Positions 1 to 14,081 are shown, counted from the stretch's first letter. The stretch: DNA of 64,000 bases from Octopus bimaculoides (GCF_001194135.2 NC_068997.1:54238890-54302889); one strand, 5' to 3'. Program-made: numbers and translations. The notes: a model not told the origin generated them from the sequence alone.

Positions 1-620
1 CTCCATAGCAAAAAGGATTATTATCATTATTATTGTCATTGTTAAATGCATACAATGTTGCTTTTGCGCATCTGTATTTCCAAGTCTTCATTTCAACCTT
101 AGTGGTGTAATATGAACAAAAAAAAAAACATATTCCCAAACTGTTCTTCTCCTAAGTAAATTCCACCAAATGTCAAGAAATCCATGTGTATGAGCATGTG
201 TATATATATATATATATATATACATACAAAAAAACGCGTGTCTACACACACACGCACATATATAGTTAGGCATGTATATATATGTATACATATGTGTATT
301 TATGCATTCGTGTTTGATGGTGTTTGCGTGTGTTGATTCCAGGAATTTTATAAATCATTCGATAACAACCAAGATTTCTTGGACATTTCAAAGGATTATT
401 AAACCAAACATACATAAGTATTGTTTCGATTCAATAAATCACTGTTTTTAAAAAGCAAACAAACACACAAAAAAACACACACACGCATATATATACACCT
501 ACATAACTACTTACCTACATATATATACACACACGCGCCCACACATGTACACTTATAAACATACACATATATATATACATATTTATATACATATATTTAT
601 ATCTATATCTATCTATATGT

Positions 621-655
<35 letters not shown>

Positions 656-656
656 G

Positions 657-688
<32 letters not shown>

Positions 689-1273
689 ATGTGTGTGTGT
701 GTGTGTGTGTGTTTATGTGTTTGTGTTTGTGTGTATACATATATGATATGCATACATATATATCCAAAACAGAATGGTTTTCTTCATCCACTTATCTATT
801 TACGTTAAAATGTATTTGTTCTTTACATTAAATTAATACATCTATTTATTAATATTTCATTAATAAATGCTTTGGGAAAATCTGATATTAAAATAAAGCA
901 TAATGCCTAACGTTTCAAATATTAAAACCTGCGAGCAGTTTATAAAGCTATCCGATTATACAGAGTTTTTTAGCAAACATCTTATTGCTAAAATATGTTG
1001 GCCATTTAGCATTTAAACGATAATTCTGGATTAAATTTGATATTAAATATTGAATATTACTATCTGAAAAGAAAGATATCTGAGAATCATAGCGTATATG
1101 TTATGAAGAATGTATTTAAATGGATATTTTTCCGTCTAACTTCAATCGTATGTTCGCTATTTCCGCTAACCAAGCATGCTCTTAAAGAGATGTTATCACA
1201 CATCATCCTCTTTAATCTGCCGTATAAAGGTTTCATCTACACACACACACACACACACACACATACACACACA

Positions 1274-1304
<31 letters not shown>

Positions 1305-1585
1305 TTACACACGAACACAAACCACACACACACCACACACACACATGCATACACACACGTAGCAGCACACATGCATCAGACGTTTGATACCAGATATGTC
1401 TAACTTGTATGATTAATGACCTAGATAATATTTTGAAATGCTAACACACTTTGTTCCTTCAACATCAAGACAAATCCATTAGAATTAAAATATACATACA
1501 TATATATATNNNNNNNNNNNNNNNNNNNNNNNNNNNNNNNNNNNNNNNNNNNNNNNNNNNNNNNNNNNNNNTATATGTATATATG

Positions 1586-1622
<37 letters not shown>

Positions 1623-1759
1623 ACTTACATACATACGCAATATGGCATTTAGACAAAACAATACTTAAAACAAACCATTTTCTCACAAGTCTTGTAACTT
1701 CTGTTGAACATTTTTGATGATCTCACATCTATCTTCACATGAATACATCCTGAATATAG

Positions 1760-2200
1760 ACTTCATCGAACAATTACTACTGCAATCTAATAGCTCCTAA
1801 TGCCCACCAAAATGGCGACTTTTTCAATTCTTTCAGACGAACCAGTTTAGACGTTAGAAAAATGTGTCATCGAACCGAGTAAATGTTTTTCCCATTAATG
1901 AACTGCACCTTCTGTCTCTATATCACGTTGTGTAATATTTTTAATACATCACAATCGTCTGAAATGAAATTTCTGAAGAAGAATCTGTTTATGTGTTGAC
2001 CGTCTGCAATAAGTTCGTTTCTTATATTTAAGACTGATAGAGAGGGCAATGATGTGAAATATCCTTGTAACTCACGTCTCGCAGCACTTATGTTGTCTTA
2101 ACTGTGTCTTACCTAAAACTGCCCATATATTATTGATGCTTTCCTCCGAAGTCTCTACGCTCTTAATCATAATTTGATAGCATTGAACTCATCTCCACTT
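1760..2200 (-). mobile_element. Highly degraded RTE-type LINE remnant (tentative)
   Basis: Minus-strand translation near 1912-1978 gives LQKFHFRRL*CIKNITQRDIET, resembling the RTE C-terminal motif LERFHxRCLRxILxIxWxD; many stops and frameshifts. Confidence 0.3.
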
Positions 2201-3176
2201 GACGATGAAAGAATGGGATGATGTATTGGCTCAGCCGTTTTTTGTACGATTACTCTGTGAGGTCAGTTCAGTTTGGTCTGCATTTAATAATGATTGTTAT
2301 GTCTATAATGCATATCTCTCGGAATTTGGCTTTCAAGAATCAAAACTACATATTTCGATGGTTACATAACTATTTAGTTCAATATACTGTTGCATCGAGA
2401 CTCTTATTGCCAGGAGACAATTTTTACGTATTCTTATCTCCTTTTATGTTTTTAAGCAACTGCTGTAATTTGTGGACATTCGTGAAATATCGTCTGATGA
2501 GTATGGGAAGGTTATTTACGTAGGGATTAAGAGATATAACATTTCTGTTCTAAGTATAATGAGAGCAGTTCCTAAATCATATTAGCAGGTATTTGATTAT
2601 ATACTGATATCAGTTACGTGATGGAACCTCATTGGAGTACATTTGTGGATCTATTAAATTGCATTGATCATATTGCTAATGGTTATTTTTACATGCTTCA
2701 CGACTTTCGGTGGGTGGTTGAAGAGGGTATGCATATGCAATGTTTCCTATGGCGATTCTTAAACAGCTCTTACGATTACGATTTCACTTTAATGATGGCA
2801 CACAACGAATTTACCTTTGTAAGGTTCGCTTAGATTGTCAACTTCAGGCGTAATTTGTTGGCTGTTGTAATTATTGGCTTCTTTCTATTTTCAGCTGTGC
2901 ATTCACTCAGGTTGTTTAAACTCTTGAATCCTTTCATCTTTGTACATTACATTTTATTTCTTTTACTCTCACTGACGTCTACTACCATCGAGCTGAAACC
3001 GAAATTATTATGAAGCCCTGGGCCGGAATACAAATCCAGAACTATGTTTATCATACGTATAAATACATACATATCAGACAATACACACTTCAAATAGATC
3101 CTAATTGAACATCATGTAGATATATATATATATATATANNNNNNNNNNNNNNNNNNNNNNNNNNNNTATATATATG

Positions 3177-3237
<61 letters not shown>

Positions 3238-5789
3238 CTGTGCATATTTACGTGTATCTTGAAGCATTACTTTGCCGTTGACTTTGGGCAGGAGCCCCTT
3301 TTATTTGAACTCACTATTATTTACTTGATAATGTTCAGCTTTCTATTCCAAATTCTATTTTCCCTATCTGCATACTCGGCGACATTTTGCATTATTAGAT
3401 CAACAACGATTTCAGAGTTAGACAGCTCGTCAATAATTTGTGTACGATAGCAAGACATGCAATTGGTTTGGATGAATTTCAGCAAAGAAACTATCTTGCT
3501 ACTGTTTTATTATTTATTGTTTATATTTACTTTACTCCCGGAAGATAATTCTGCGTGACATTGCTGTGATTGCTACGTGGCAATACTGTAATTGAATATA
3601 TCATAAAGAATTATGACTAAACGAAAATGTGATTTACAATAGGACGAGTGTTTAGGGACTTCTTTTACAAGTTATTTCCCTCTTTCTTTCGCCTTTCTCC
3701 TTTTCTCTATCTCTTTGAATGGCCTTGTGCACCTAGCTATATATACATAGGTAATGTGAGGAAATATATCTCGCTATGTTAGGCATGGTGAGCAAATATA
3801 ATTAATTTTGTTTTTAAACCCTCCGCGTCAGGCAAGCAGTTTCTTGGTGACTGAACGAAACAAATCGTCAATTTAAGACTCCTACGGAAATAAAGGATTC
3901 TCTGTAGTTGTACCATTAAAAGAATAATCTATAAAATGTCTTTATTTCTAAATAGATTTGTATTAATAAAATTTCGTTTGGATTCTTTGTGGTAATATGT
4001 AAGTAATGTTTCTTTGCAGTGCTTTCCGCCTGTTAAAGATTTCGCATATTCAGGTACATGAGCTTACCAAAATATTCCAATTTGATCGGACACTACCAAG
4101 AACTACTGATAAATGTCCGCACCAAACAAACATCTCGTGGAGGATAACTTTCTGTGCAAATTGAGGAAGTTATAACTGGGATCCATTTTTGTCTGCATGC
4201 AGGGTGTTTCATAGATACACTGCGAAAATTTGTTCGTAAAATTTTCGTAAATGACTGGAATTCTGTATGATAGCTTTTAAAGTTCTTTTTCTCTCTCTCC
4301 CTCTCTCTCTCTTCCTCTTTCTCACCCTCTCTCGCTTCTTCTCTCACCCTCTCTTTCTGTCTGTCTTTATTTCTTTCTATCTGTCTTTCTTTCTTTCTGT
4401 CTCTGTTGATTCACCGATACATACACATGTACACGCATATTTGTATGTGTATGTATATATTTTATTTTAAGATATTTGATTTCATATAGATCTTCTTAGC
4501 ACCAATACACACTGGATTAACAAGAAGTGAGCAGTCGTTATGTATTTATTGTTTTATTTGTGCAATATTCTTCTCTAGCTGAATCTCAGATTGTATAGGG
4601 GCCATTAATAGAGTCAACATGCCGGAAATATCTACGATATCAGCGCTTAACCTATTCCGTACATTGTAGTGTTGATGCCAAGAAACTTCTGACACTATTG
4701 GTAGTTTCTCAGTACCTCTCTCTCTCTCTCTCCCTCTCTTTCAGCTACAATATAATCAACATCAATTCCTGATATAATTAGGTTTACATATCTATACTGA
4801 AGTTCCTCATAATTTGTCGCCATACAGGCAAGAAAATCTGTATAAATGGAGAGATTTTGATGCTTCTTTTAAATTCCTTTGTGCCTTCAGCGTTCGTGCT
4901 TTGCATGTGAAGTCTTGACATCTCAAGTATGGTTGATATCACAAAGGGTATTTCTAATGGATGGTGTACACCTAGATAAACTGTCTCAGTAGAAGATCCC
5001 CAGGAATTACTTGTTCACGTAACTGAAAGTGTAAATTGTATGATAACATGTTAAATGGGGTGAGCAAGAAACATTAATTAATTTAGGCACGCAGAGGAAA
5101 GAAAAATGTCATTTTAATTATTATTTCTGGTGAAAGAAGGCAAAGGGATTAAACTAACATTAAATAATAAACAGATATTGAAGGTGACAATTCTAACACA
5201 GGTGAGCCTGAAGACGAACTAGAACACTAAAACCTTTGTTTGTGATTATGGAAGAACCGTTCGGTAATTTTAAATAAACCAGTTATCACACGAGGAGTGG
5301 ATGTGTGAATGTAAGGGTGGATGGGTGGGGTGGGGAAGAACACAAAATAAAAATGGTCATTAGTAACAAGTGGCCACATGGTCAAGGCGGTAACAGGTGC
5401 GTTTCTTTGATGTCTAAATTTATCGGCGTTACATGTCATTAATTTCTATAGCATCAAAGAGACTTCCGGAAGGCGACCCTTTAATCAGTCTACTCTTTTA
5501 TGGACCCTTGTGGCTTTCAGGGATCTTGATTAATGTGCGTGCAGATGGACCCTGTCTGACGTAGTACTTCCTAAATTGATCATTATACACAGGTAATAAA
5601 TAGTATCTCGGTAACAACTTTCGTTGACGAAGTAATTTACATTTACATAAAAAAATAAAGAATTTTTGCAGTTTTAGCTTTACGGATGTTTACTACTCAA
5701 GGTGTGTTGTTGTTTTATTAATCGGCCGCAGATAGTGAGATAAAAGTGATACACGCTTTGGAAACTGTTGTGGTGTGTTTGAGTGTGTG

Positions 5790-5796
5790 TTTGAGT

Positions 5797-5842
<46 letters not shown>

Positions 5843-6135
5843 CCGCTCTTGTGAAAGTGATTGTGTGCTTGTGTGTGGGTATGCTTTTGAATGTGTATGT
5901 GTGCTTGTGTGTGTGTGTATGTGTGTATGCTCCTGAATGTGTGTATGCTTGTGAATATGCGTGTGCTTGTGTGCGTGTGTATGTTTGTGAATGTGTGTGT
6001 ACTTGTGTGTGTGAGTATGTCTTTGTGTGTGAGTTTGTCTTTGTGTGTGAGTTTGTCTTTGTGTGTGTGTGTGTGTGTGTGCGTGTGTGTGTGTGCGTGT
6101 GTGTGTGTATGTGCCTGTGTATGCGTGTATGTGTG
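5790..6135. repeat. Compound (TG)n-rich microsatellite including a short 18-bp unit (TTTGTGTGTGAGTTTGTC)
   Basis: Read directly; explains the overlapping His/Thr and Cys/Val ORFs at 5693-6187. Confidence 0.95.
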
Positions 6136-7537
6136 AAATTCCTAATATTGTAAATGGCAGCAGACAACAACAAGGTATATGGAACATTTACATCTGACTG
6201 AAGTTACGTCATTTGCGTTAGCTGCAGCGAGTATTATTTCAAATTAGATATTTCTTCAATGTCAGTTTACAGAAAACCTGTTATCACAGAACCATCTGCT
6301 GAAACAAATACTATTTGCACCCCCCCCCGCCCCTACGGCGTTGTTGAGTTGACTTTCATTATTCATTCAACAAATTTCATCTAATCACAAACTCATTCAC
6401 TGACTAATGAAAGTTCGGGCCTCAGTCATTGACTGACGTTTCGCAAAGTATAATTACTGGTCAGAGAAGGTGAGAGATGGAGGTGGGGCAAGAGAAAGAA
6501 ACAGGAATAAACAAACGGAAGTTGCAAACAGTTTTTGGAGAGAACATCTGGCTCAATAACATTCTCTTCCAGTGAAGGCTGAAGTTACAATTACCACCAA
6601 ACGATCTATTTCTAAGTGGAATATCCAATTATGGAACCGACCTATTTGTTATCTTATAAATTGATACAACTCCATCGATAAGTGGAACCGCCTTCACAAT
6701 TCGTGAAAGGGTTTTAGGCCTTAATTTTGTAGTTAACAACATAATGGTTACTTGCTCTTTAATTACAATAATTAATAAAGCCCTATAACATATTAGTTAT
6801 GATAATCATCTAAAGACTAAATCAATACAAATCAGGTGGGATATCAAATATGAAATACAGTTTTCGTTTCTTTCACCTGGCGATATTACGTATGTATAAC
6901 TAATATTTTCCGTCAACCTCATCCCTGATGAATCAGAGATGGTGGTCGCTGGTATAGGCCTAAGCAACTGAGGTACAAGTGATATGAGAAATTTTGACAT
7001 CTCAACTTGAAATTCAAAAAGGCCTGCATTACATATATACATATGTGTGTTCGTGTATCTGTGTTTGTGCGTATGTGCGTACATACGCACAAGCACACAT
7101 GCATATACATACACATATATAAACATATATGTATGTGTGTGTGTGTTTACATATATATACAAACACATACACATACATACACAAATACATACAATCATAC
7201 ATACATGCATACACAAACAGGGACCACCCGGACTCCGGCCTTCACCGTGAACAGGAATTAATCTTCTCTCTTCGCTCTTTTGCTCCACGTGGGCTCAACT
7301 CCCTTTCCCTTTTCATCTGACCTCCCTCCTCTTCTCTCTTCATCTGACACTTCCCTCCTTTCTTGCTCTGACACCTGCTTTCTCTCTTCACTCCTACCCC
7401 CGTCTCTCTTCATTAATAGCCCCGTCCACCCACTCTCCACACCCACATACCAGATCCCTCCCACCACATCTCTACCTCACACCCACATCTCCACCCCTCC
7501 CGACTAAACCCACGCCTTGTGCCTGTAGTAGAAACGA

Positions 7538-7575
7538 TTCTTCTCCTTCTTCTTCTTCTTCTTCTTTTTCTTCTT

Positions 7576-7640
<65 letters not shown>
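7538..7640. repeat. Compound (CTT)n-(ATT)n trinucleotide microsatellite
   Basis: Read directly. Confidence 0.97.
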
Positions 7641-8470
7641 CATATGCTAGGAACCGTGTATACAGTCTAGCCCCATTGCTTACACTATCTTATGCAAAGT
7701 ATATTGAATGTAAATCGATGAATAACGTACGGTTGATAGGTAAGGTTAGCAGAATCTCAGGAAACAATTGGTATATTGGTAAGATTATGTCACGATATAG
7801 AAAAACGTTTAGAGCAAAGTGGGGAATATGTTAAAGATCAAATGCAGCTAAAGAAATCCACTAAAGGAATATTTTCCAGATCGATAAGAAGAATTCCACT
7901 AAATTTATAGGAACCGTGTATAGCCACTATTTTCTAAAAATATTCTGTAGTTTTATTCTAACAAAATCATGGTAACCTGTAACCCTATCGTCATTTACTG
8001 TTTGATTGTGAAGTAAATGACCAGAGGTAAAATTCAGAATTGCTATTAAATATTTTACACTTTAGCAATGGTAGACATGTTGTGAGAGCAGCTATAAAAT
8101 TCTTATACTTTTACATGAAAATGTGGAGTCGAAATCTGACGTAATCTGGCATTTAAAATTCTGTGCCTAGCTTCTATAAAAACATGCAATGAAGTCAAAT
8201 GGTCAATTAAACGGAATGCTTACGATTTTAATATTAACTTTCCGTTAACGCACAAACGCGAGCGTGCACACACACACATACATACCTACCTACCTACTTA
8301 CCTACCTACCTACCTACCTACCTACCTACCTACCTACCTACATACATACATACATACATACATACATGCAGACATACATACATACGTATATACACATATA
8401 NNNNNNNNNNNNNNNNNNNNNNNNNNNNNNNNNNNNNNNNNNNNNNNNNNNNNNNNNNNNNNNNNNNNNN

Positions 8471-8513
<43 letters not shown>

Positions 8514-10122
8514 CACATACATTTTGCACTTGACCATCTTCAGTCAAGATATGAACTCTATGTGAGTCATAACTGCAACCCCGACTTCGATCGTAAGCAA
8601 ATGCTTGTGGTTCATATCCATTTAAAAGTATACAAATGATCATATCCGCTGTCCTCTTCCATCAAAGTTAGAACCTGGTATTCTCTTAGATGCAATCGTC
8701 AAGTCATGTCTGACAAGTGGTCGTTTGAGTTACAGAAGGACGTTCCCTTGGAATTGTTATTCTCAAGAGCAGATTTTCTAACCGAGACCCATATGCTGTG
8801 TAAACTTATGTGCCATAAATTGGTTATGGTTCTCCAATAAAGAAAATATTTAAGCAATTTTCTTAAAATAATTTCTAAATATCAAATGGCTAGGTGGATC
8901 CATCCCAGAAACTAGGAATCAAAGTGGTCCCTTACGTAAAATATGTTGAGAAATACCGCTATAGAATACTGTTTCACCTTTACGTAAGTATACTCTGGTG
9001 CGTGCGATTATTGTAACATCACGCAGCACAGTTACCGACAAATAACAGTGTTACAAACACAACATGAACAGACAATCGCTCATTTCGTGACTTCTGCGAT
9101 TCCAATTTTGCGTTAAGTGAAGGCGTGAGAGAGTGCAAAAAATGTGCGTGTGTGTGTTTGTAACTGTCATTCTGCATCTGTCACACAAAGTCATATTAGA
9201 GTATACTTACTCAATGTTTCCCCAACTGATATTTATCTCGATATCACGTGATTGAATCAGTCACAGAGCGAAGAGAAGGACACTGAGGAAGACAGACACA
9301 CAGAAACAAACAACGATGGAGTGGGAGTGTACCACATTGCCTGTGGACATGATACCTAATGAATAGGTATCATGTTCACCAATTGATGCACAGATGGCGA
9401 CACTTCACTTGACTTATGGTTTGATGTCATTCAATAAAACATTAAGTTCATGACATCCATTTATATTTTAGTTATTGTCTAGTTAATATAGAAATCAAAA
9501 TGTAATATTAATCGTCACACTTTTCTGATTTCTAATTTAGAGAGAATATATAATTATTTCCTGCACCAACAGTTGTACATTTGTTGCGAACGAGAAAACA
9601 CCTTCAGCTGAATAGTGAGAAAATAATGCATTAAATATATTACAGGCAAAGTCCAGGTGTCAATAGAAGCCTATACGTAACAAATCAACTCGACACAACA
9701 GCAAAATCTGTCTGGAAGTACACCTACCCATCTGTAAAAAAGAGTAGTGTGTTTAAATAAATATAGTTATTATAAAGGAAAATCTGACGTTTCGGGACCA
9801 GGACATTTATTGAGGCCATGAGGAAAGATCGAAATGTTGAAATTTTACTTGACTTTACGAAAATTCTCTAGCATTTTTACAGGTTTCACTCACCAAACTG
9901 CACCCATGCTAAGGCAACGACTTGATGAGTTTAGTCGGTCAAATATACCTCAACATGTATTTTTTTTAAATATGGTATTCTAACAGTTTCATTTTGCACA
10001 AGTACTAAACTATGAGGGAGAAAATGTACGAACATCATTAATCAAATGCAATTGTAGGTGATGAACACATGCACAGACATAGACTATCGAGCGCGATGGA
10101 CATACACTTACACAAATACGCA

Positions 10123-10341
10123 CGAAGGGGCTACTGACAAATCCCTGGTTTCAAGAGTGTCGCGAAAGGCCTGATTGGAGGCCCGACATTCCGAGTTCTT
10201 TTACAGGGCTTAAAAAGACATGAAGGACCGCTGCAATAAGTGTGTGAATCTGAGAAGGAAATACGTTGAATAAAATCATAATTAACTGATCCTCCTGTAT
10301 ATTCCTTTATCCAAAGCCAGGAACATTTCAGAAGCCCCTCG
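10123..10341 (+). mobile_element. Mariner-derived non-autonomous mini-element (219 bp) retaining the transposase C-terminus
   Basis: Imperfect ~29-bp TIRs: left CGAAGGGGCTACTGACAAATCCCTGGTTT, right reverse complement CGAGGGGCTTCTGAAATGTTCCTGGCTTT. TA follows the right end (10342-43); CA occupies the left TSD position. Internal frame KDRCNKCVNLRRKYVE* (stop 10271-73) matches the mariner C-terminal RWxKCVxxxGxYVE motif. Confidence 0.8.
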
Positions 10342-11237
10342 TATACAGAAATGGCTTCCGTAAAGTCTTCGTCTATGAAATTTCCTTATATTCATATTTC
10401 TTCTAATTATTTCCAGATATGCACCTCTTTCTAGCAATTCAGGAAAGAATCTCATTAGATAATCTAGCTATGAAAGCAAGAGACAAGAGACGAAGACGGT
10501 AGAATCACGGCTGGAACGTCATTGATCACATGTCTGCTCAACCAGAGCAGACCTAAAGTAAAACAACAGCAATTGTTAAAGTAGATGTAGGTTAACTGAA
10601 CTGGGAATCGCGATGTCTGAAAATCAATACTGTCTGCGAATGTAACTCTCCAATGTCCAGTTTAGACACTTTGGCAAGTTTGGGTGAAAATATCGATTTT
10701 GTCATTTCTTTTGGCAGCAGTAAGTGGGTATAATTGACTGGAATCACTCAGGTACATTACTGATACTCGTATTTAGTTTATCTACTCATTTTCTTTATTC
10801 TTTTATTAAAACTACAGAGATGAAAGAAAATATGGACGCTGATGAAATTTCATTCCAGACAGGAAGTAAAGCAACAACAACAAAAAGTTATGCAATTTCT
10901 TTTTAGTTTGTTACTTCTCTAAGGTTTCAGTTATCTCCCTTCGCAATGAAAGGATGGTGTTGTTATTGACATGAGAAAATAGTTGGAAATTGTTCGGTTT
11001 AAATTAAAAGTTGAAGATATGTCATCTTTAATCATAGCAAAACAACGGTTTGTCGAGAGTGAAACCGACATTATACAAATAGAACAAAGGGAAGGGTGTC
11101 AGAGAGGAAATAGATGTGAAAAGAAGAGACATAGAGAGTGAGTGAGTGAGTGAGAGAGAGAGAGTCGTAGAGCGAGAGATAGTCAGAGGGAGAGAGAGTC
11201 TAGTCCATTTACGTATGAGGGTCTGCAGAGTGTGTGA

Positions 11238-11309
<72 letters not shown>

Positions 11310-12129
11310 ATGAAATTATGACACACACGCACTCTCAGATAGATGGAAAGGTAAATATGCCGGATATAACGAAGATAAGTGCGTGAGAAGGAGAAAATAT
11401 ATTGAAAGAAAACAATATGAACTGAATCAAAGCGTAAAATTACTTGATGCAAATATTTAAAGACTGTGCAGTGAGACGAGATAGAGGAAGACAGAGGGGG
11501 AGGGAGACACGGTGTGAGAAGAAAGGAGACGGAAAGAGGGAGAGAAGAATGTCAGGTGGGGGGAATCGTCATAGATGGAGTAAAATAATATTATTGATGA
11601 AGACGGGAATTAGCGATGATAAATATTGCAGAGATTACATAAATATATGAAGGACTATAAGGAACAAATGAAAGAGAAGAGGATGGGAAGGGGAAAGTAA
11701 ACTCGAAGTGAAACTATTGACTTAAATACTTAGAAGCATGGAAGGAGAAGTAATAACGGAAGTGCGTAGAGTTTTCTAAAGATATTCAGCAGCCGTTTAT
11801 CAGACAGTCTGTGTGCAATGAAGGACAGAGAAGAAATTAGAGGTTTTATGTTAACGACTTGACTAAGGAACGTTAATAGTTGAAATGTCGCGAACCAGAA
11901 GTACTACGAGTGGAGCAAGAATAACTTAATTTATTTGCCAAAGAACCCAAACTCGATGTCTTCAATTCCGTTTTCGTTTCCGTCTTCACCTAAGTTCATA
12001 ACTGTTGGGTAATGATTAAAAGATGACGAGCACCCTCAAATACTAGCGGCAATAGGGAGTTCCTTCGGGTGAAATGTTGGTGAAGACTTACTCTACAAGG
12101 TGCTTAGCTTTGAGATCAGTGTGTCTCGA

Positions 12130-12300
12130 CATTGAGCAGTTATTTCTCGGCATTGTAAGGTCACAGCTCCAGTACAACTGACATGTTATTAGAATGTCTC
12201 AGAAAAGAATCACATGATGGATTCGTGAAGCTGATCCACATGACAGGTGACCTAGAGGTAGTTCAAGAGAAAAATGGTTGAATAACATCCTTTGATTCAG
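12130..12300 (+). mobile_element. Degraded RTE LINE 3' fragment
   Basis: Translations EQLFLGIVR and PRGSSREKWLNNI resemble the RTE motifs RQLxFLGHIxR and RGRPRxxWLDxI. Confidence 0.4.
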
Positions 12301-12787
12301 TTGGTTGCACTAAGGATTCCGGTCGGAAAGTGTAAGGGGGGTTGCTTCTGATAGGAGTCTATATATATACTAATGTGTCCATCTGTTTTAATTTAATTTA
12401 ATTATATGTATTCATGCAGCTGAGGATTGCTTTGCATTTAAATTGATGTAATGGTTGCATTATTCAATTAAATGGAGTCGCTTGAAACGATCGTACTGCA
12501 TTACCCCTGGATATCCTGTTGTTTATTTTGATTTTAATCACCTTATTTTGAAACTGTATGGATAAAACCGTACTAAATTTTGGTGCCTCAGCTTCAGTAC
12601 CAAATTCATCTGAATCTAAATTTTTGCTTATATATATGTCTGCATTGCATACATATGCATATGTGTATTATATATATGTGTGTGTGTGTGCGCGCGTGTT
12701 CATCTGTTAGTGTGTGCCTATATCTCCATGCATGCGCACAAACACACGTACGTACGTATATTATGCATGGATATATATATTATGTAT

Positions 12788-12868
<81 letters not shown>

Positions 12869-13025
12869 TGTCTGAGTATATTCTTCTCGATCACGATGTT
12901 TCCTTCTTCTTTGTGCACATCTACGTGGTTGTCTAATTTTGGATGTGTGTGTACGCGCGCGTGTGCGCACGGGCGCGCGTCTGTGTGTATGAGTGCGTGT
13001 ATGTGTATGTGCGTGTGTATATCTG

Positions 13026-13060
<35 letters not shown>

Positions 13061-13494
13061 TAGTACATTCATGCTTAATTCGTCATATCTTATAGTCATA
13101 CAAGAAATAATGATGCTGCTATGAGACATCAAAGAATAATTTTCAGTAAAATAACAGCAGATAACATTTTACTAAAACATTATCAAAACAAAATATGAAG
13201 CAATGTCATCGTATTTATCAAAATTAATATGAAATCAATTTTTGTAGACATTTGTAAGTTAAACTAAAAGTGTATGATTATTGAAGATTTGTGATCTTAG
13301 CTAATTAGAGATTAGGTTATAATTATTCTGTAATTACTGGGACGTGTATAGTAACAGCCCTCTCTATGAACACCGCGCGGACTTCAGATATTGGTTAACG
13401 CCTTCGTTCATACTAATGCGAAAGCTTCTATGAATCAATGTGTCTGCATGAAGAAGGCATATATCCATAAGCACACCCATACACACACTCACAT

Positions 13495-13539
<45 letters not shown>

Positions 13540-13782
13540 TACACACATGAATATATATATATATATACATATACACGTGTGGGTGTATATTGAACGTATG
13601 TAATTATATACATAAGTCTACCTATCTTCCTATTATCTATGTGTGTATGTGTGTGTGTTCGTGTATGTGTGTATTCGTGTATGTGTGTGTTAGTGTGTGT
13701 GTGTCATGCGTTGTAATATATATTAACATATATTTTATATGGAACAGACACACAAACATATACAGACACATACTTATGTATG

Positions 13783-13830
<48 letters not shown>

Positions 13831-13990
13831 TGACGGGCTTCTTTCAGCTTTCGGCTACCAAATCCACTCACAAGGCTTTGGTCGGCCCGAAACTATAGTA
13901 GAAAACACTTGGCCAAGGTACCACGGAGCTGGATTGAACCCGGAGCCACGTGGCTTGTAAGCAAGCTACTTATCGCACAACCACTCATGT
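13831..13990 (-). mobile_element. tRNA-derived SINE, family A (5' half)
   Basis: Reverse complement aligns to the full copy at 53378-53768 (GCCTTGTGAGTGGATTTGGTAG...GAAAGAAGCCCGTC); ends in the family's central (TA)/(TG) tract. Confidence 0.9.
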
Positions 13991-13998
13991 GCTTATGC

Positions 13999-14081
<83 letters not shown>

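Noticed and set aside
5160-5450. Acidic peptide DIEGDNSNTGEPEDELEH reminiscent of a piggyBac N-terminus
   Set aside because: No downstream piggyBac catalytic motifs and no TTAA/CCC termini found.
6877-7023. 147-bp symmetric phase-1 minus-strand open segment between CAG and GTGAAA
   Set aside because: The acceptor lacks a polypyrimidine tract (it is embedded in a TA/TG microsatellite) and the peptide is unrecognisable.
8560-8900. Weak CR1/L2-like peptides on the minus strand (also 28700-29000)
   Set aside because: Similarity is too fragmentary to support by eye.
9781-9820. Minus-strand CCCGAAACGTCAG (hammerhead 3' half)
   Set aside because: No recognisable CUGANGA core upstream.
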